The position numbers and the translations under genes are program-made. From assembly GCA_963798235.1 (NCBI GenBank), contig CAWCSN010000012.1:37194-101193 (forward strand): DNA of 64,000 nucleotides, written 5' to 3'. The notes below the pieces were generated by a model. It did not search any database, was not told the DNA's origin, and worked only from the letters and a program-made list of their open reading frames with translations. Shown here in pieces: positions 10,597-23,672 of this stretch (its first letter is position 1; each line of letters opens with the position of its first letter). Origin of the DNA: an uncultured Alphaproteobacteria bacterium. GTDB lineage: Bacteria; Pseudomonadota; Alphaproteobacteria; Rhodobacterales; Rhodobacteraceae.

Positions 10597-11547
10597 ATGG
10601 AAGGAAAGCCGAAGGTGGCCGAGCCGTCCGAGGACGCGGCGCCGCCGGTCCCGAGCCCGACGTCCGATATGGGCCCAGCCCATGAGCCCGGCACTGGCGG
10701 GCGGCGCCTCGGTCCGGGGCTCCATCTCGTGTCGACGCCGATCGGCAACGCCCGCGACATCACGTTGCGGGCGCTCGACGTGCTGGCGACGGCCGACATC
10801 CTCGCCGCCGAGGACACCCGGCAGACGCGCAAGCTCCTCGACATCCACGGGGTGCGCCGGACCGGGCCGATCCTGCCCTACCACGACCACAACGGCGCGG
10901 CGCAGCGGCCCCGCCTGCTCGCCGCGATGGCCGAGGGCCGCTCGGTGGCGCTGGTCTCCGACGCCGGAACGCCGCTCGTCGCCGACCCCGGCTACCGGCT
11001 GGCGGTCGAGGCGGCGGCAGCGGGCCACGCGGTGATGGCGGTCCCCGGAGCGTCGGCGCTCCTCGCCGCCCTCGCGGTGGCGGCGCTGCCGACCGACCGC
11101 TTCCTCTTCGCGGGATTCCTGCCACCGCGCGGGTCGGGGCGGCGGCGGGTGCTGCTCGAGCTCGCGTCGGTGCCGGCGACGCTGGTCTTCTACGAGTCGC
11201 CGCGGCGGCTGGCGGAGAGCCTCGCCGATATGGCGGCGCTGCTCGGCGCCGAGCGGCCGGCCGCGGTCTGCCGGGAACTCACCAAGCGCTTCGAGGAGGC
11301 GCGCCGCGGCACGCTCGGCGATCTGGCGGCGGCGCAGGCCGAGGCGCCCGATCCGAAGGGCGAGATCGTCGTGGTCATCGGCCCGCCCGGGGAGGAGGTG
11401 CCGGCCGAAGCGACGCTCGACGCGGCGCTGCAGCGGGCGATGGAGGGGGCCTCGGTCAAGGACGCGGCGGCGGAGGTCGCGGCGTCGCTCGGGCTGCCCC
11501 GGCGGCAGGTCTACGCCAGGGCGCTGGCGTTGGCAGAGCGGCGTTAA
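10597..11547 (+). CDS. rsmI: 16S rRNA C1402 2'-O-methyltransferase
   Basis: STPIGNARDITLRAL, AEDTR, VSDAGTPLVADPG, YESPRR, RELTKRFEE. Confidence 0.95.
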   Translation: MEGKPKVAEPSEDAAPPVPSPTSDMGPAHEPGTGGRRLGPGLHLVSTPIGNARDITLRALDVLATADILAAEDTRQTRKLLDIHGVRRTGPILPYHDHNGAAQRPRLLAAMAEGRSVALVSDAGTPLVADPGYRLAVEAAAAGHAVMAVPGASALLAALAVAALPTDRFLFAGFLPPRGSGRRRVLLELASVPATLVFYESPRRLAESLADMAALLGAERPAAVCRELTKRFEEARRGTLGDLAAAQAEAPDPKGEIVVVIGPPGEEVPAEATLDAALQRAMEGASVKDAAAEVAASLGLPRRQVYARALALAERR

Positions 11548-11600
11548 CCTTTTCAAGCCGGCGCGGTGGACCGTCGGCGGCAAACTTGTAGCCTGAGCAA

Positions 11601-11954
11601 ATGACCCACGCCCAATCGCATTTCACCGGCATCGCCGGCGAGGAGTCGGCGCTCCGGCTCTACCAGTCCGAGGGTGGCCGGGCGGCCGCCTCGCGCTGGC
11701 GCTGCCCGGAGGGCGAGCTCGACCTCGTCGTCGATTTCCCTTCCGAGATCGTCTTCGCCGAGGTAAAGGCCCGTCGCCGCCACGACCACGAGGCCGTGTC
11801 GCCACGGCAGTGGGCGCGGATCGGCGCGGCCGCCTCGCGCTACCTCGCCGAGCAGACCGACGGGACGCGCGCCTGCCGCTTCGACCTCGTGCTGGTCGAC
11901 CGCTCGGGCACCGTCGAGCGCATCGAGAACGCCGTCTCCTTCGACGGCTGGTAG
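11601..11954 (+). CDS. yraN: YraN family (UPF0102) endonuclease-fold protein
   Basis: GELDLV, FAEVKAR, CRFDLV, IENA; follows rsmI. Confidence 0.9.
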   Translation: MTHAQSHFTGIAGEESALRLYQSEGGRAAASRWRCPEGELDLVVDFPSEIVFAEVKARRRHDHEAVSPRQWARIGAAASRYLAEQTDGTRACRFDLVLVDRSGTVERIENAVSFDGW

Positions 11955-11956
11955 CA

Positions 11957-12114
11957 AAGACCGCCGCAATACCGCCCAAGCCGTCGCCCGTTAACGAGCA
12001 TGAACGCACGGTAAACGAAAACCAGAATATGCTGTGATATCAGAGAATTGACCGTCTGCGCACGCGTGCGCAAGCCCGGATCCCGGGCGCATCCGGACCC
12101 TCTGCAGCGGCCTC
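11957..12114 (+). repeat. Dispersed intergenic module, copy 1 (TTAAC boxes + IHF-like site + palindrome)
   Basis: GTTAAC 11990, TGAAC 12001, GTAAAC 12011, TATCAGAGAATTG 12038-12050, palindrome TGCGCACGCGTGCGCA 12057-12072, end motif GACCCTCTGCAGCGGCCTC 12096-12114. Confidence 0.8.
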
Positions 12115-12829
12115 TCAGACCGGCTCCGCCCACGCCGCAACGCCGGCGATCTCGGCAAGGATCGCGGCGGCAGCGGCGCGCGGGTCGTCGGCCGTCCACA
12201 CCGGCCGGCCGACGACGAGATGGTCGGCCCCGGCCGCAAGGGCGGCGGCGGGGGTGGCGATGCGCTTCTGGTCGCCGGCGGCGCTGCCGGCCGGGCGGAT
12301 GCCGGGGGTGACGATCAGCCGGCCCGCGGCCTCGGGCAGGGCGCGCAGGCGGGCGGCCTCGTTCGGGAGAGGCGATCACCCCGTCGGCCCCGGCGGCGAA
12401 GGCGCGGCGGGCGCGCTCGATCACCAGATCCGGGACCGCCCCGGGGACGGTCAGCCCCTCGTCGAGGTCGCTGCGGTCGAGGGAGGTCAGCACGGTCACC
12501 GCAAGGATCCGGGTCGGCGCCTCGCCGCGGGCGGCGACCGCCGCGCGGACCACGTGCGGGTCGCCGTGCACGGTCAGGAAGTCGGGCGCGACCGGCGCCA
12601 GGGCGCGGACCGCCGCCGCCACGGTCGCGCCGATGTCGAAGAGCTTGAGGTCGAGGAAGACCTGCTTGCCCGCCTGCCGGAGCTCCCGCGCGAAAGCGAA
12701 GCCGCCGACCGGGGCGAGGCCGAGCCCGACCTTGTAGAAGCCGACCGTGTCGCCGAGGCGATCGACGAGGGCGCGCGCCGTGTCGACGTCGGGCACGTCG
12801 AGGCCGACGATGAGGCGGGGGTCGGGCAT
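12115..12829 (-). CDS. pyrF: Orotidine-5'-phosphate decarboxylase (one extra base near 12365)
   Basis: [29 protein letters not shown]; the shifted frame continues [24 protein letters not shown] to TGA at 12115. Confidence 0.93.
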
Positions 12830-12912
12830 GGTCTCCTCCGGGGGGCTGGCCGGGTTCCCGCCAATCTGCGGGATCGCGCCGGTCGGCGCAAGGCGGCGGA
12901 TCAGTGCAGCGA

Positions 12913-13524
12913 TCAGTGCAGCGGCGGGGCCGCCGCCGTTGCCTCGGGCTGGACGACGAGGCAGAGGCAGCCTTCGTCGCCGACGGCTTCGGGGCAGCGG
13001 GCGCGGTCGGCGACCGGCAGGACGAGGTCGCCGCGGACGTAGGTCCGGTCGCCCTCGCGGGCGTTGCCGGCGAGGACGAGGCGGGCCTCGCGGCCGCAGT
13101 GGCCGGGCGCGCGCATCGGCGTGCCGGGCTGGGCCTGCATCAGGCCGACCGCCTCGCGGGCGAAGCCGTCGAGGCGGAACTCGGCGAGGCCGGGGAGCAG
13201 CGGGCGCCAGCGCAGGTCGCAGACCGGGCGGTCGATCTGCAGGCGGAGAAGCGGCGGCAACTCCCCGCCCGTCGTGGCGGCGCGGTCGCAGGCGGCGGGG
13301 CGCTCGATGCGGGCGAGGGCACGCGCGAGGCAGCGCGGCGAGGGGGCGATCCCCTCGGCGGCGGAGAGCAGCGCCCCGCCGATCGCTTCCAGGGCCGCGG
13401 CCTTCTCGCGGCAGCAGGGGCAGTAGGCGAGATGGCTGGAGACGAGGAGGGTCATTCCCGGCGACAGGACGCCCGCGGCAAATTCCGCGATCAGTTCGGT
13501 CGGGGCATGGGGGCCGTGCTTCAT
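12913..13524 (-). CDS. ChrR-like anti-sigma factor (ZAS domain + degenerate cupin)
   Basis: N-terminal H..AEFAAGVL..SSHLAYCPCC (HxxxCxxC), LRWRPLLPG, GHCGREARLVLAG, CLCL. Confidence 0.75.
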   Translation of the reverse strand: MKHGPHAPTELIAEFAAGVLSPGMTLLVSSHLAYCPCCREKAAALEAIGGALLSAAEGIAPSPRCLARALARIERPAACDRAATTGGELPPLLRLQIDRPVCDLRWRPLLPGLAEFRLDGFAREAVGLMQAQPGTPMRAPGHCGREARLVLAGNAREGDRTYVRGDLVLPVADRARCPEAVGDEGCLCLVVQPEATAAAPPLH

Positions 13525-13646
13525 CGCTCGCCTGTCATCGTGCTGATCTCGGTGCTACGTCACGGAGTGGAGATCGGATCACCGTCCGGGCGAGAGGTCG
13601 TCACGATGGGGGTCGCGGTCAAGCATCGTTTACGGAGTTTCCGCCC

Positions 13647-14765
13647 TTGAGCCCCTCTCGCGTCCTCTTCCTGCCACCGCCCTTCGACGCCGACGATACC
13701 CTCACTGCCATCCTCGGCGGGCCCGGCCTGCCCGCGACCGCGCCGGCGACCCTGGCGGACTTCGCCGTGCGGCGCGACACGGCCGGCGTGGCGGTGGCGC
13801 TGGCCGAGGCGCCGGGCGCTGCGACGGAGGGCGTGCTGGTCGAGGCCGCCGGCCCGCTGCAGGCGCGGCTCGACTTCGCGCTCGCGACCTTCGGCGCCGT
13901 GCCGGTGGCGGTGACGGTGATGACGGGCGACGGGCCGGTGGCGGCCGAGGCCTTCGTCTTTCGCGGCGCGGTGCCGGAGGGGCAGGGGGCGCCGACCGGG
14001 GAGGATCGCGCCCGGCTGATCGAGGCCCTGTTCGAGATCATGGGCCAGTACGGGCGCCGGCCGGCCGGGGCGATGCCGGCGCTCCTCCACGGCATCGGCG
14101 TTCGCGCCCTCGGCCGGGCCCGGGCGCCGCAGGCGGACGCGCCGGTCCTTCTCGGCACGCCGCGCGCCCCGGGGGACATCGAGCCGGTCGCCGGCGACTT
14201 CGCCTATGCCAACTACTTCGGCGTCGAGGAGCACCGTCTCCGCCACCGCCGCTTCGACGGCACGATGTCGAAGACCGTCGCCCGCGCGGTCTTCACCAGC
14301 GGCGACGCGGTGACGGTGCTGCCCTTCGACCCGCGCACCGGCGAGGTGCTGATCATCGAGCAGTTCCGCGCCGGTCCCTATGTCCGCCGCGACCCGCGGC
14401 CGTGGAGCCTCGAGCCGATCGCCGGCCGCTGCGACCGGGCGGAGCCGCTGGAGGAGACCGCCCGCCGCGAGGCCCGCGAGGAGGCCGACCTCGCGCTCGG
14501 CCGCATGGAGCGGATCGCGGGCTTCTATCCCTCGCCGGGGATCATGTCCGAATACATCACCGGCTTCGTCGCCGAGGCGGACCTGTCGCAGGCCGGCGGC
14601 GTGCACGGGCTGGCCGAGGAAGACGAGGATATCCGCACCATCGTCGTGCCGCTGGCCGATGCCCTTGCGGCGGCGGCGGCGGGCGAGGTCAACAACGCGC
14701 CCCTGCTCCTCACGCTCTTCTGGCTCGACCGCAACGCCGAGCGGCTGCGCGCCGCATGGTCGTGA
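13647..14765 (+). CDS. NUDIX hydrolase (ADP-ribose pyrophosphatase-like) with N-terminal extension, TrgB-like
   Basis: GDAVTVLPFDP, EQFRAGP, Nudix box GRCDRAEPLEETARREAREEA, YPSPG, HGLAEEDEDIR; directly upstream of cysK as in Rhodobacter trgB-cysK. Start (TTG) uncertain. Confidence 0.85.
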   Translation: MSPSRVLFLPPPFDADDTLTAILGGPGLPATAPATLADFAVRRDTAGVAVALAEAPGAATEGVLVEAAGPLQARLDFALATFGAVPVAVTVMTGDGPVAAEAFVFRGAVPEGQGAPTGEDRARLIEALFEIMGQYGRRPAGAMPALLHGIGVRALGRARAPQADAPVLLGTPRAPGDIEPVAGDFAYANYFGVEEHRLRHRRFDGTMSKTVARAVFTSGDAVTVLPFDPRTGEVLIIEQFRAGPYVRRDPRPWSLEPIAGRCDRAEPLEETARREAREEADLALGRMERIAGFYPSPGIMSEYITGFVAEADLSQAGGVHGLAEEDEDIRTIVVPLADALAAAAAGEVNNAPLLLTLFWLDRNAERLRAAWS

Positions 14766-14859
14766 GCCGCCGCCCATGCCGGCATCGTGTGGCCGCCGGT
14801 GCCTTGATGGCTGGCCGCGAAGCCGCTAAGTCGTCGAAACGCCCGACGCGGAGGATGCG

Positions 14860-15897
14860 ATGATCGTTGCAGAGGACCTGCCCGCGGCGGTGGGGAACAC
14901 GCCGCTGATCCGGTTGAGAGCCGCCTCCGAGGCGACCGGCTGCGAGATCTGGGGCAAGGCCGAGTTCATGAACCCCGGCCAGTCGGTCAAGGACCGCGCC
15001 GCCTTGTGGATCATCCGCGACGCCGTCGCCCGCGGCACGCTGCGCCCGGGCGGGACCATCGTCGAGGGGACCGCCGGGAATACCGGCATCGGGCTCGCGC
15101 TGATGGGGGCGGCGCTCGGCTTTCGCACGGTGATCGTCATCCCGGACACGCAGAGCCAGGAAAAGAAGGACATGATCCGCCTCGCGGGCGCCGAGCTCGT
15201 CGAGGTGCCGGCGGTGCCCTACCGCGACCAGAACAACTACGTCCGCTATTCCGGCCGCCTCGCCGAGAAGCTCGCGGCGCAGGACCCGAATGGCGCCGTC
15301 TGGGCGAACCAGTTCGACAACGTCGCGAACCGGCAGGCGCATATCGACGGCACCGCCCCCGAGATCTGGGAGCAGACCGGCGGCCGCATCGACGGCTTCA
15401 TCTGTGCCGTCGGCTCGGGCGGCACGCTCGCCGGCGTCGCCGCGGGCCTTCGCGGCTTCGACCCCGCGGTGCGCATCGGCCTCGCCGACCCCGAGGGCGC
15501 GGCGCTCTACAGCTTCTACACCACCGGCAAGCTGGTGTCGGAGGGCTCGTCGATCACCGAAGGCATCGGACAGGGGCGGATCACCGCCAACCTCGAGGGC
15601 CTGACCGTCGACATGCCCTACCGCATCCCCGATGCCGAGGCGGTGGGCCAGGTCTTCGACCTGCTCCGCGACGAGGGGCTCTGCCTCGGGGCGTCGAGCG
15701 GCATCAACGTCGCCGGCGCGGTGCGCATGGCCCGCGACCTCGGCCCCGGCCACCGCATCGTCACCATCCTCTGCGACTCCGGCAGCCGCTACCAGTCCAA
15801 GCTCTTCAACCCCGCCTTCCTGCGCTCCAAGGGCTTGCCGGTCCCCGACTGGCTCGACCGGTCGCGGGGCGACATCCCCGATGCGCGCGCGCACTAA
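14860..15897 (+). CDS. cysK: Cysteine synthase A
   Basis: VGNTPLI, KAEFMNPGQSVKDR (PLP lysine), EGTAGNTGIG, GSGGT. Confidence 0.95.
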   Translation: MIVAEDLPAAVGNTPLIRLRAASEATGCEIWGKAEFMNPGQSVKDRAALWIIRDAVARGTLRPGGTIVEGTAGNTGIGLALMGAALGFRTVIVIPDTQSQEKKDMIRLAGAELVEVPAVPYRDQNNYVRYSGRLAEKLAAQDPNGAVWANQFDNVANRQAHIDGTAPEIWEQTGGRIDGFICAVGSGGTLAGVAAGLRGFDPAVRIGLADPEGAALYSFYTTGKLVSEGSSITEGIGQGRITANLEGLTVDMPYRIPDAEAVGQVFDLLRDEGLCLGASSGINVAGAVRMARDLGPGHRIVTILCDSGSRYQSKLFNPAFLRSKGLPVPDWLDRSRGDIPDARAH

Positions 15898-18354
15898 GCC
15901 TGCCGCCACGCTGCGCGGCCTCGTCCTCGCGCTCTGCTGCGCGCTGGCACTGCTGCTGGCCGCCGGCGCGGTCCGCGCCCAGGGGAGCGACGCCGAGGCT
16001 TTCAAGCGCTGGGACGAAGTCGCGACCTTTGCCGAGACGCAGGTTGCCGAGGAGAGCACCCCGACCGACGATCTCGAGGCCCTGCGCGAGCGCCTCGTCG
16101 TCCAGCGCAGCGAGATCGTCGCGGTCGAGCAGCGCAACAAGCCGGTCGTCGACGAACTGAACCAGCGGCTTCAGACACTCGGCCCGCCGCCGGCTGCCGG
16201 CGCGGACGAAGCACCGGAGGTCGCCAAGCTCCGCAGGGATCTCACCCAACAGATCGCCGCTGCCCAGGCGCCCGTCCTTACCGCGCAGGAGGCCTTCAAG
16301 CGCGTCGACGGCCTCATCAGCTCGATCGACCGCATTGTCCGCGCACGCTTTTCTGCCGAGCTCATGTCACGCGCGCCGAGCCCGCTGCTGCCCTCGACCT
16401 GGAGCACGGCGTTCGGCGACATCGTGGCGAGCGCCCAACGATACGCCGTCACCTTCGAGCGCGACATGGATGCGCCGGACGGTCAGCCCCGTTCAAGCCA
16501 GCTTCCCCTCCGGCTCGGCCTTGTCATCGCCGGTCTCGCCATATCCTTCTTCGTCCGCATCAGGCTCATCCAATGGGTCGAGCGCCGGCTGGTGTTGGCG
16601 ACCAGCCGCAAGTCGATCGCCTGGCTGGTCACCCTCCGCAACCTCGCGCGGCTGGTCGTGCCGGCCGTCGGCGCCGGCCTCTTCTTCGCGGCCTTCGATC
16701 CATCCGGACTCCTCGTTCGCCCGGACGAGAACAGCTTCTTCGCAATCCCTCCCTTCATTCTCATTCTGATCGGATCGAGCTGGCTCGCCGGCAGCCTGCT
16801 CACGCCCGGCAGGCGTGTCCTCGGCCTCGTCCCGTTCGACCCGCAATCGGCGCGGAAGGGCAAGCGGCTGATCTTCGCGCTCGGCATTGCGGTCTCGCTC
16901 TCGTACTATTTCGCAGGGCTGTCGCTGCGCTGGAACCTCTCGACGACGACGCAGGGCACGCTCCAGGTCATCCCGGTCCTCCTCGGCTCGCTCGTCCTCT
17001 GGCGGATCGCATGGTTCGCCGAGCGGATCCGGCTCCAGGTGGTGGCCACCCAGGGTCGCGACGTCGCCCAACTCGTGACGATCGCGCTCCGCATGGTCTT
17101 CCTCGGGGTCCGCGTGGTGCGGGCCGTGGCCATCGTCGGCCCGATCCTCGCGATGCTCGGCTTCCTGCCGGCCGCGGCCTTCCTCGTCATCCGGACGGCG
17201 CTGACCCTTGGCCTCTTCGGTGCCATCCACACCATCTTCGACCTGCTCAACAAGACAGCGCAGGGCCTCCTCTCGAGCCCGACCGCCCCGACCGCCCCAA
17301 CCGTCCAGACGACGACGACGACGACAGCCTGACCCCGATCGGCGTCGGCGCCATCGTCGCTCTCGCCTCCCTCCCGGTCTTTGCGCTGATCTGGGGCGCG
17401 CGGCCGAGCGAGATCGCCGACTTCTGGACGACGATGCGCGACGGCGTGACCCTCGGCGGGGTCCGCCTGTCGGCGAGCGTCATCATCACCTTCACCGCCG
17501 TCTTCGCCCTCGGCTTCGGCCTGACGCGCCTCATCCAGACGATCCTGCGCGGAACGGTGCTGCCGCGCACGCGCCTCGACGCCGGCGGCAAGAATGCCGT
17601 CCTTGCCGGCGTCGGCTACCTCGGCTTCGCGGTCGCGGGGCTCGCCGCCGTCTCGGCCGCGGGTCTCAACCTCTCGAGCCTGGCCATCGTGGCCGGCGCC
17701 CTCTCGGTCGGCATCGGCTTCGGGTTGCAGAACATCGTCTCGAACTTCGTCTCGGGAATCATCCTGCTCGTCGAGCGCCCGGTGAAGGAGGGCGACTGGA
17801 TCGAGGTCGGCGCCTTCTCCGGCTACGTGAAGGGGATCAGCGTTCGCTCGACCGAGATTACCACCTTCGACCGGGCGAGCGTCATCGTCCCGAACTCCGA
17901 CCTCATCGCCGGCACGGTCCTGAACCGCACCCACACCGGCATGTCCGGGCGCCTGCAGGTGCCGATCAGCACCACCTACGACGCCGACCCGCGCAAGGTG
18001 GAGGCGATCCTCATCGAGATCGCCGAGCAGCACCCCCTGATCCTCGAGGACCCGGCGCCGCGCGTTCTCTTCCTCGCGCTCGGCGCCGACACCATGGACT
18101 TCGAGCTTCGCTGCTGGCTGCGCGACGTCAACTTCTCCCTCTCGGCCCGCTCCGACCTCAACTTCGAGATCATGGAGCGGTTCAAGGCCGATAATATCCG
18201 CACCCGCCTCTACGGCCGCGAGACCCCGGCAGCTCCGGTTGTCGACGCGGCGAGCGATGCGGGCGGCATCCTGCCCGAGCCCGGCACCCAGCCGGGACTC
18301 CAGGCGCCCGAGCAGGAAGAGGCCGGCGACCCGCCCGGCCCGGGACGGCGCTAG
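15881..18354 (+). CDS. Large MscS/MscK-like mechanosensitive channel with periplasmic N-domain (frameshift near 17280-17325)
   Basis: Signal peptide, coiled coil and TM helices in the first frame; [30 protein letters not shown] MscS signature in the second frame. Confidence 0.88.
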
Positions 18355-18360
18355 GCCGGG

Positions 18361-18390
18361 TTGACAGCGCCGCGACCTTTCGCGATATAC
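18361..18390 (+). promoter_or_regulatory. Probable sigma70 promoter of rplU-rpmA
   Basis: TTGACA at 18361, 17-nt spacer, GATATA; about 140-nt leader to the rplU ATG. Confidence 0.55.
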
Positions 18391-18528
18391 GCGGCTCCCG
18401 TCGGGGGCACCCCGTGCGGGACCGATGCCATTGGCAAGCGCGCAGTCCACAGGCGCGGGGTTCGTCCCCGCGGAACGCCGGCATAGCCGGGGCCGCAGGA
18501 CGCGGGGAAACGAAGAAGGAAGACGCGA

Positions 18529-18948
18529 ATGTTCGCGGTGATGAAGACAGGTGGCAAGCAGTACAGGGTTGCCGCCAACCAGATCCTGACGGTGGAAAAG
18601 CTGCCGGCCGAGGCCGGGGAGACCGTCGAGTTTTCCGAGATCCTGATGCTGGGCGGCGACGCCCTTCAGGTCGGCGCGCCGTTCATTGCCGGCGCGACGG
18701 TCACCGCCGAGGTGCTCGAGCAGCTCCGCGGCGAGAAGGTGATCTCGTTCAAGAAGCGGCGGCGCAAGCACTCGTCGCAGCGCAAGCGCGGTCATCGCCA
18801 GTACCTGACCCGCGTCCGCATCACCGACATCCTCGCCGACGGTGCCAAGACCGCTCGCGCCGAGGCCGAGACTGCGGCGCCTGCCGCTGCCGAGACTGCG
18901 GCGCCCGCCGCTTCCGAGCGGGCGGGCGAGCCCGCGGCCGCGATCTGA
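18529..18948 (+). CDS. rplU: 50S ribosomal protein L21 with Ala-rich C-terminal tail
   Basis: [22 protein letters not shown]. Confidence 0.97.
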   Translation: MFAVMKTGGKQYRVAANQILTVEKLPAEAGETVEFSEILMLGGDALQVGAPFIAGATVTAEVLEQLRGEKVISFKKRRRKHSSQRKRGHRQYLTRVRITDILADGAKTARAEAETAAPAAAETAAPAASERAGEPAAAI

Positions 18949-18961
18949 AGGAACAGTTGAG

Positions 18962-19231
18962 ATGGCACACAAGAAGGCAGGCGGCTCGTCCCGGAACGGC
19001 CGCGACAGCAAGGGCCGGCGGCTCGGCGTGAAGAAGTTCGGCGGCGAAGCCGTGATCCCCGGCAACATCCTCGTCCGCCAGCGCGGCACGAAGCATTGGC
19101 CGGGTGCTGGCGTCGGTCTCGGCCGCGACCACACGATCTTCGCCGTGGTCGAGGGCAAGGTGACCTTCCACACCGGCATCAAGGGCCGGACCTTCGTCTC
19201 CGTGCTCCCGGCGGCCGAGGCCGCGGAGTAA
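18962..19231 (+). CDS. rpmA: 50S ribosomal protein L27
   Basis: [26 protein letters not shown]. Confidence 0.98.
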   Translation: MAHKKAGGSSRNGRDSKGRRLGVKKFGGEAVIPGNILVRQRGTKHWPGAGVGLGRDHTIFAVVEGKVTFHTGIKGRTFVSVLPAAEAAE

Positions 19232-19261
19232 CCACCGCCGACCGGCACCCTTTCGTGCGAG

Positions 19262-19294
19262 AAGGCCGGCGACTGCGCCGGCCTTTTCTATTTT
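19262..19294 (+). terminator. Rho-independent terminator after rpmA
   Basis: AAGGCCGGCG-ACTG-CGCCGGCCTT followed by TTCTATTTT. Confidence 0.8.
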
Positions 19295-19311
19295 CCCCAA
19301 GGATTTCGGGC

Positions 19312-19886
19312 ATGTCCGAAACGATCCTCCAGCCGGACGACATCAGGACCGAGCGGCTGCGCCTGCGGCGCTTCCGCCGGTCCGACGCGGGGCTGATCGA
19401 GCTCTATGGCCAGCGACCGCCGCGTCGCCTGGATGACCGAGCGCATGCCCCATCCCTATCCGCCCGGCCTCGCCGCGGCCTTCGTCGCGCGCGTCGCCCA
19501 GCGGCACGCCCGACGAGACCGGCTGGGCGATCGAAGCGGACACCGGCACCGAATCCCCGCCGACGCCGCGGCCGAGAACGGCCTGATCGGCACGATCATG
19601 CTCCGCCTCGATGCAGGGTCCGACCAGCGGGCGGCTCGGCCCGCGTCGCCTACTGGCTGGCGCCGGCCTTCTGGGGCACCGGCTATGCGTCCGAAGCGCT
19701 CGGGGGCATCGTCGGCTTCGCGCGCGCGGCCGGCTTCCACGACCTGACCGCGCGGGTCTTTCAGGACAACCCAGCCTCGGTGAAGGTGCTGATGCACGCC
19801 GGTTTCGCCTACGTCGACGACGGCGAGGCGTATGCGCTCGCGCGGGGGACGATGGTCCCACCCACAACTACCGCCTCGTGCTCTGA
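19312..19886 (+). CDS. RimJ/RimL-type GNAT N-acetyltransferase (several frameshifts)
   Basis: MSETILQPDDIRTERLRLR, MPHPYPPG, VAYWLAPAFWGTGYASEA, VFQDNPASVKVL spread over different frames; usual position after rpmA. Confidence 0.8.
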
Positions 19887-19964
19887 CAATGATGCCAACG
19901 GCCGCCTTCTCTCTTTAACTCCGGGCTGCGCCTCTGCGGGCAGAGCTCCGCTTCGGTCAAGGAG

Positions 19965-22310
<2,346 letters not shown>

Positions 22311-22324
22311 GGGAGAGGGGAGAG

Positions 22325-23587
22325 ATGGACGCGAAGGTCGACGTGAACGCCCTGATGCAGGAGATCGGCCGCGCCGCGCGCGCCGCCGCCGCCGAGCTCG
22401 CCTATGCTCCGTCCGCGCAGAAGGACGCCGCCCTCCGCGCCGCCGCCGACGCCCTCGCCGCCGACAGCGCCGCCATCCTCGAGGCCAACGCCCGCGACAT
22501 GGACGCCGCCCGCGCCAAGGGCCTGAGCGCGGCCATGCTCGACCGCCTCCTCCTCACCGCCGACCGCGTCGCCGCCATGGTCGCCGGCCTGCGCTCCATC
22601 GCCGACCAGCCCGACCCCGTCGGTACCGTCCTCGCCGATTGGGACCGCCCCTCCGGCCTCCACATCCGCCGCGTCCGCACGCCGATCGGCGTCGTCGGGG
22701 TCATCTTCGAGAGCCGCCCCAACGTCACCGCCGACGCCGGCGCCCTCTGCCTCAAGGCCGGCAACGCCGCAATTCTCCGCGGCGGCTCCGAAAGCTTCCA
22801 CTCGTCCCAGGCGATCCATGCTGCCCTCGCCGTGGGGCTGAAGGCCGCTGGCCTGCCCGACGCCGCGATCCAGCTTGTCCCCACCACCGACCGCGCCGCT
22901 GTCGGCGCCATGCTGACGATGACCGATTTCATCGACGTCATCGTCCCCCGCGGCGGCAAGGGCCTCGTCGGCCGCGTCCAGGCCGAGGCGCGCGTCCCGG
23001 TCTTCGCCCACCTCGAAGGCATCGTCCACATCTACGTCGACAAGGCCGCCGACATGGTGAAGGCCCGCCGCGTCATCCTCAACGCCAAGACCCGCCGCAC
23101 CGGCATCTGCGGCGCCGCCGAGTGCCTGCTGATCGACCGCGCCTTCCACGAGGCGATGGGCGCCCCCTTCCTCACGGATCTGGTGGAGGCCGGCGTCGAG
23201 GTCCGCGTCGACGCCGACCTCCTCGACATCCCCGGCACCGTCCCGGCCAGCGCCGACGACTGGGGCCGCGAGTTCCTCGACAGCATCATCGCCGCGAAGC
23301 TCGTCGACGGCGTCGACGGCGCGATCGCCCACATCCGCCGCTACGGCTCGCATCACACCGACTGCATCCTCACCGAGGACGACGCCACGGCCGACCGCTT
23401 CTTCCAGCGCCTCGACAGCGCCATCCTGATGCGCAACGCCTCGACCCAGTTCGCCGACGGCGGCGAGTTCGGCATGGGCGCCGAGATCGGCATCGCCACC
23501 GGCAAGCTCCACGCCCGCGGGCCTGTCGGCGCCGAGCAGTTGACCAGCTTCAAGTACCTCGTCGAGGGCGACGGAAGCGTCCGCTAA
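22325..23587 (+). CDS. proA: Gamma-glutamyl phosphate reductase
   Basis: [48 protein letters not shown]. Confidence 0.96.
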   Translation: MDAKVDVNALMQEIGRAARAAAAELAYAPSAQKDAALRAAADALAADSAAILEANARDMDAARAKGLSAAMLDRLLLTADRVAAMVAGLRSIADQPDPVGTVLADWDRPSGLHIRRVRTPIGVVGVIFESRPNVTADAGALCLKAGNAAILRGGSESFHSSQAIHAALAVGLKAAGLPDAAIQLVPTTDRAAVGAMLTMTDFIDVIVPRGGKGLVGRVQAEARVPVFAHLEGIVHIYVDKAADMVKARRVILNAKTRRTGICGAAECLLIDRAFHEAMGAPFLTDLVEAGVEVRVDADLLDIPGTVPASADDWGREFLDSIIAAKLVDGVDGAIAHIRRYGSHHTDCILTEDDATADRFFQRLDSAILMRNASTQFADGGEFGMGAEIGIATGKLHARGPVGAEQLTSFKYLVEGDGSVR

Positions 23588-23672
23588 CTCTTGTCCATCA
23601 CACGCCTGATTGCGCGCCGGCGGCGCGATTTGGCGCTATGATGGGGGCGACCCTTTCGCGGAGACCTGCCCC

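Noticed and set aside
17278-17327. Tandem repeats (CCGACCGCC-like x3 and a GAC run) at the mscS frameshift as a phase-variation switch
   Set aside because: Unit lengths of 9 and 3 nt cannot change the frame; the repeats encode a low-complexity linker and a 1-nt error suffices.
18865-18912. 24-nt tandem duplication in the rplU tail
   Set aside because: In-frame duplication in an Ala-rich extension; variable L21 tails are common in alphaproteobacteria.
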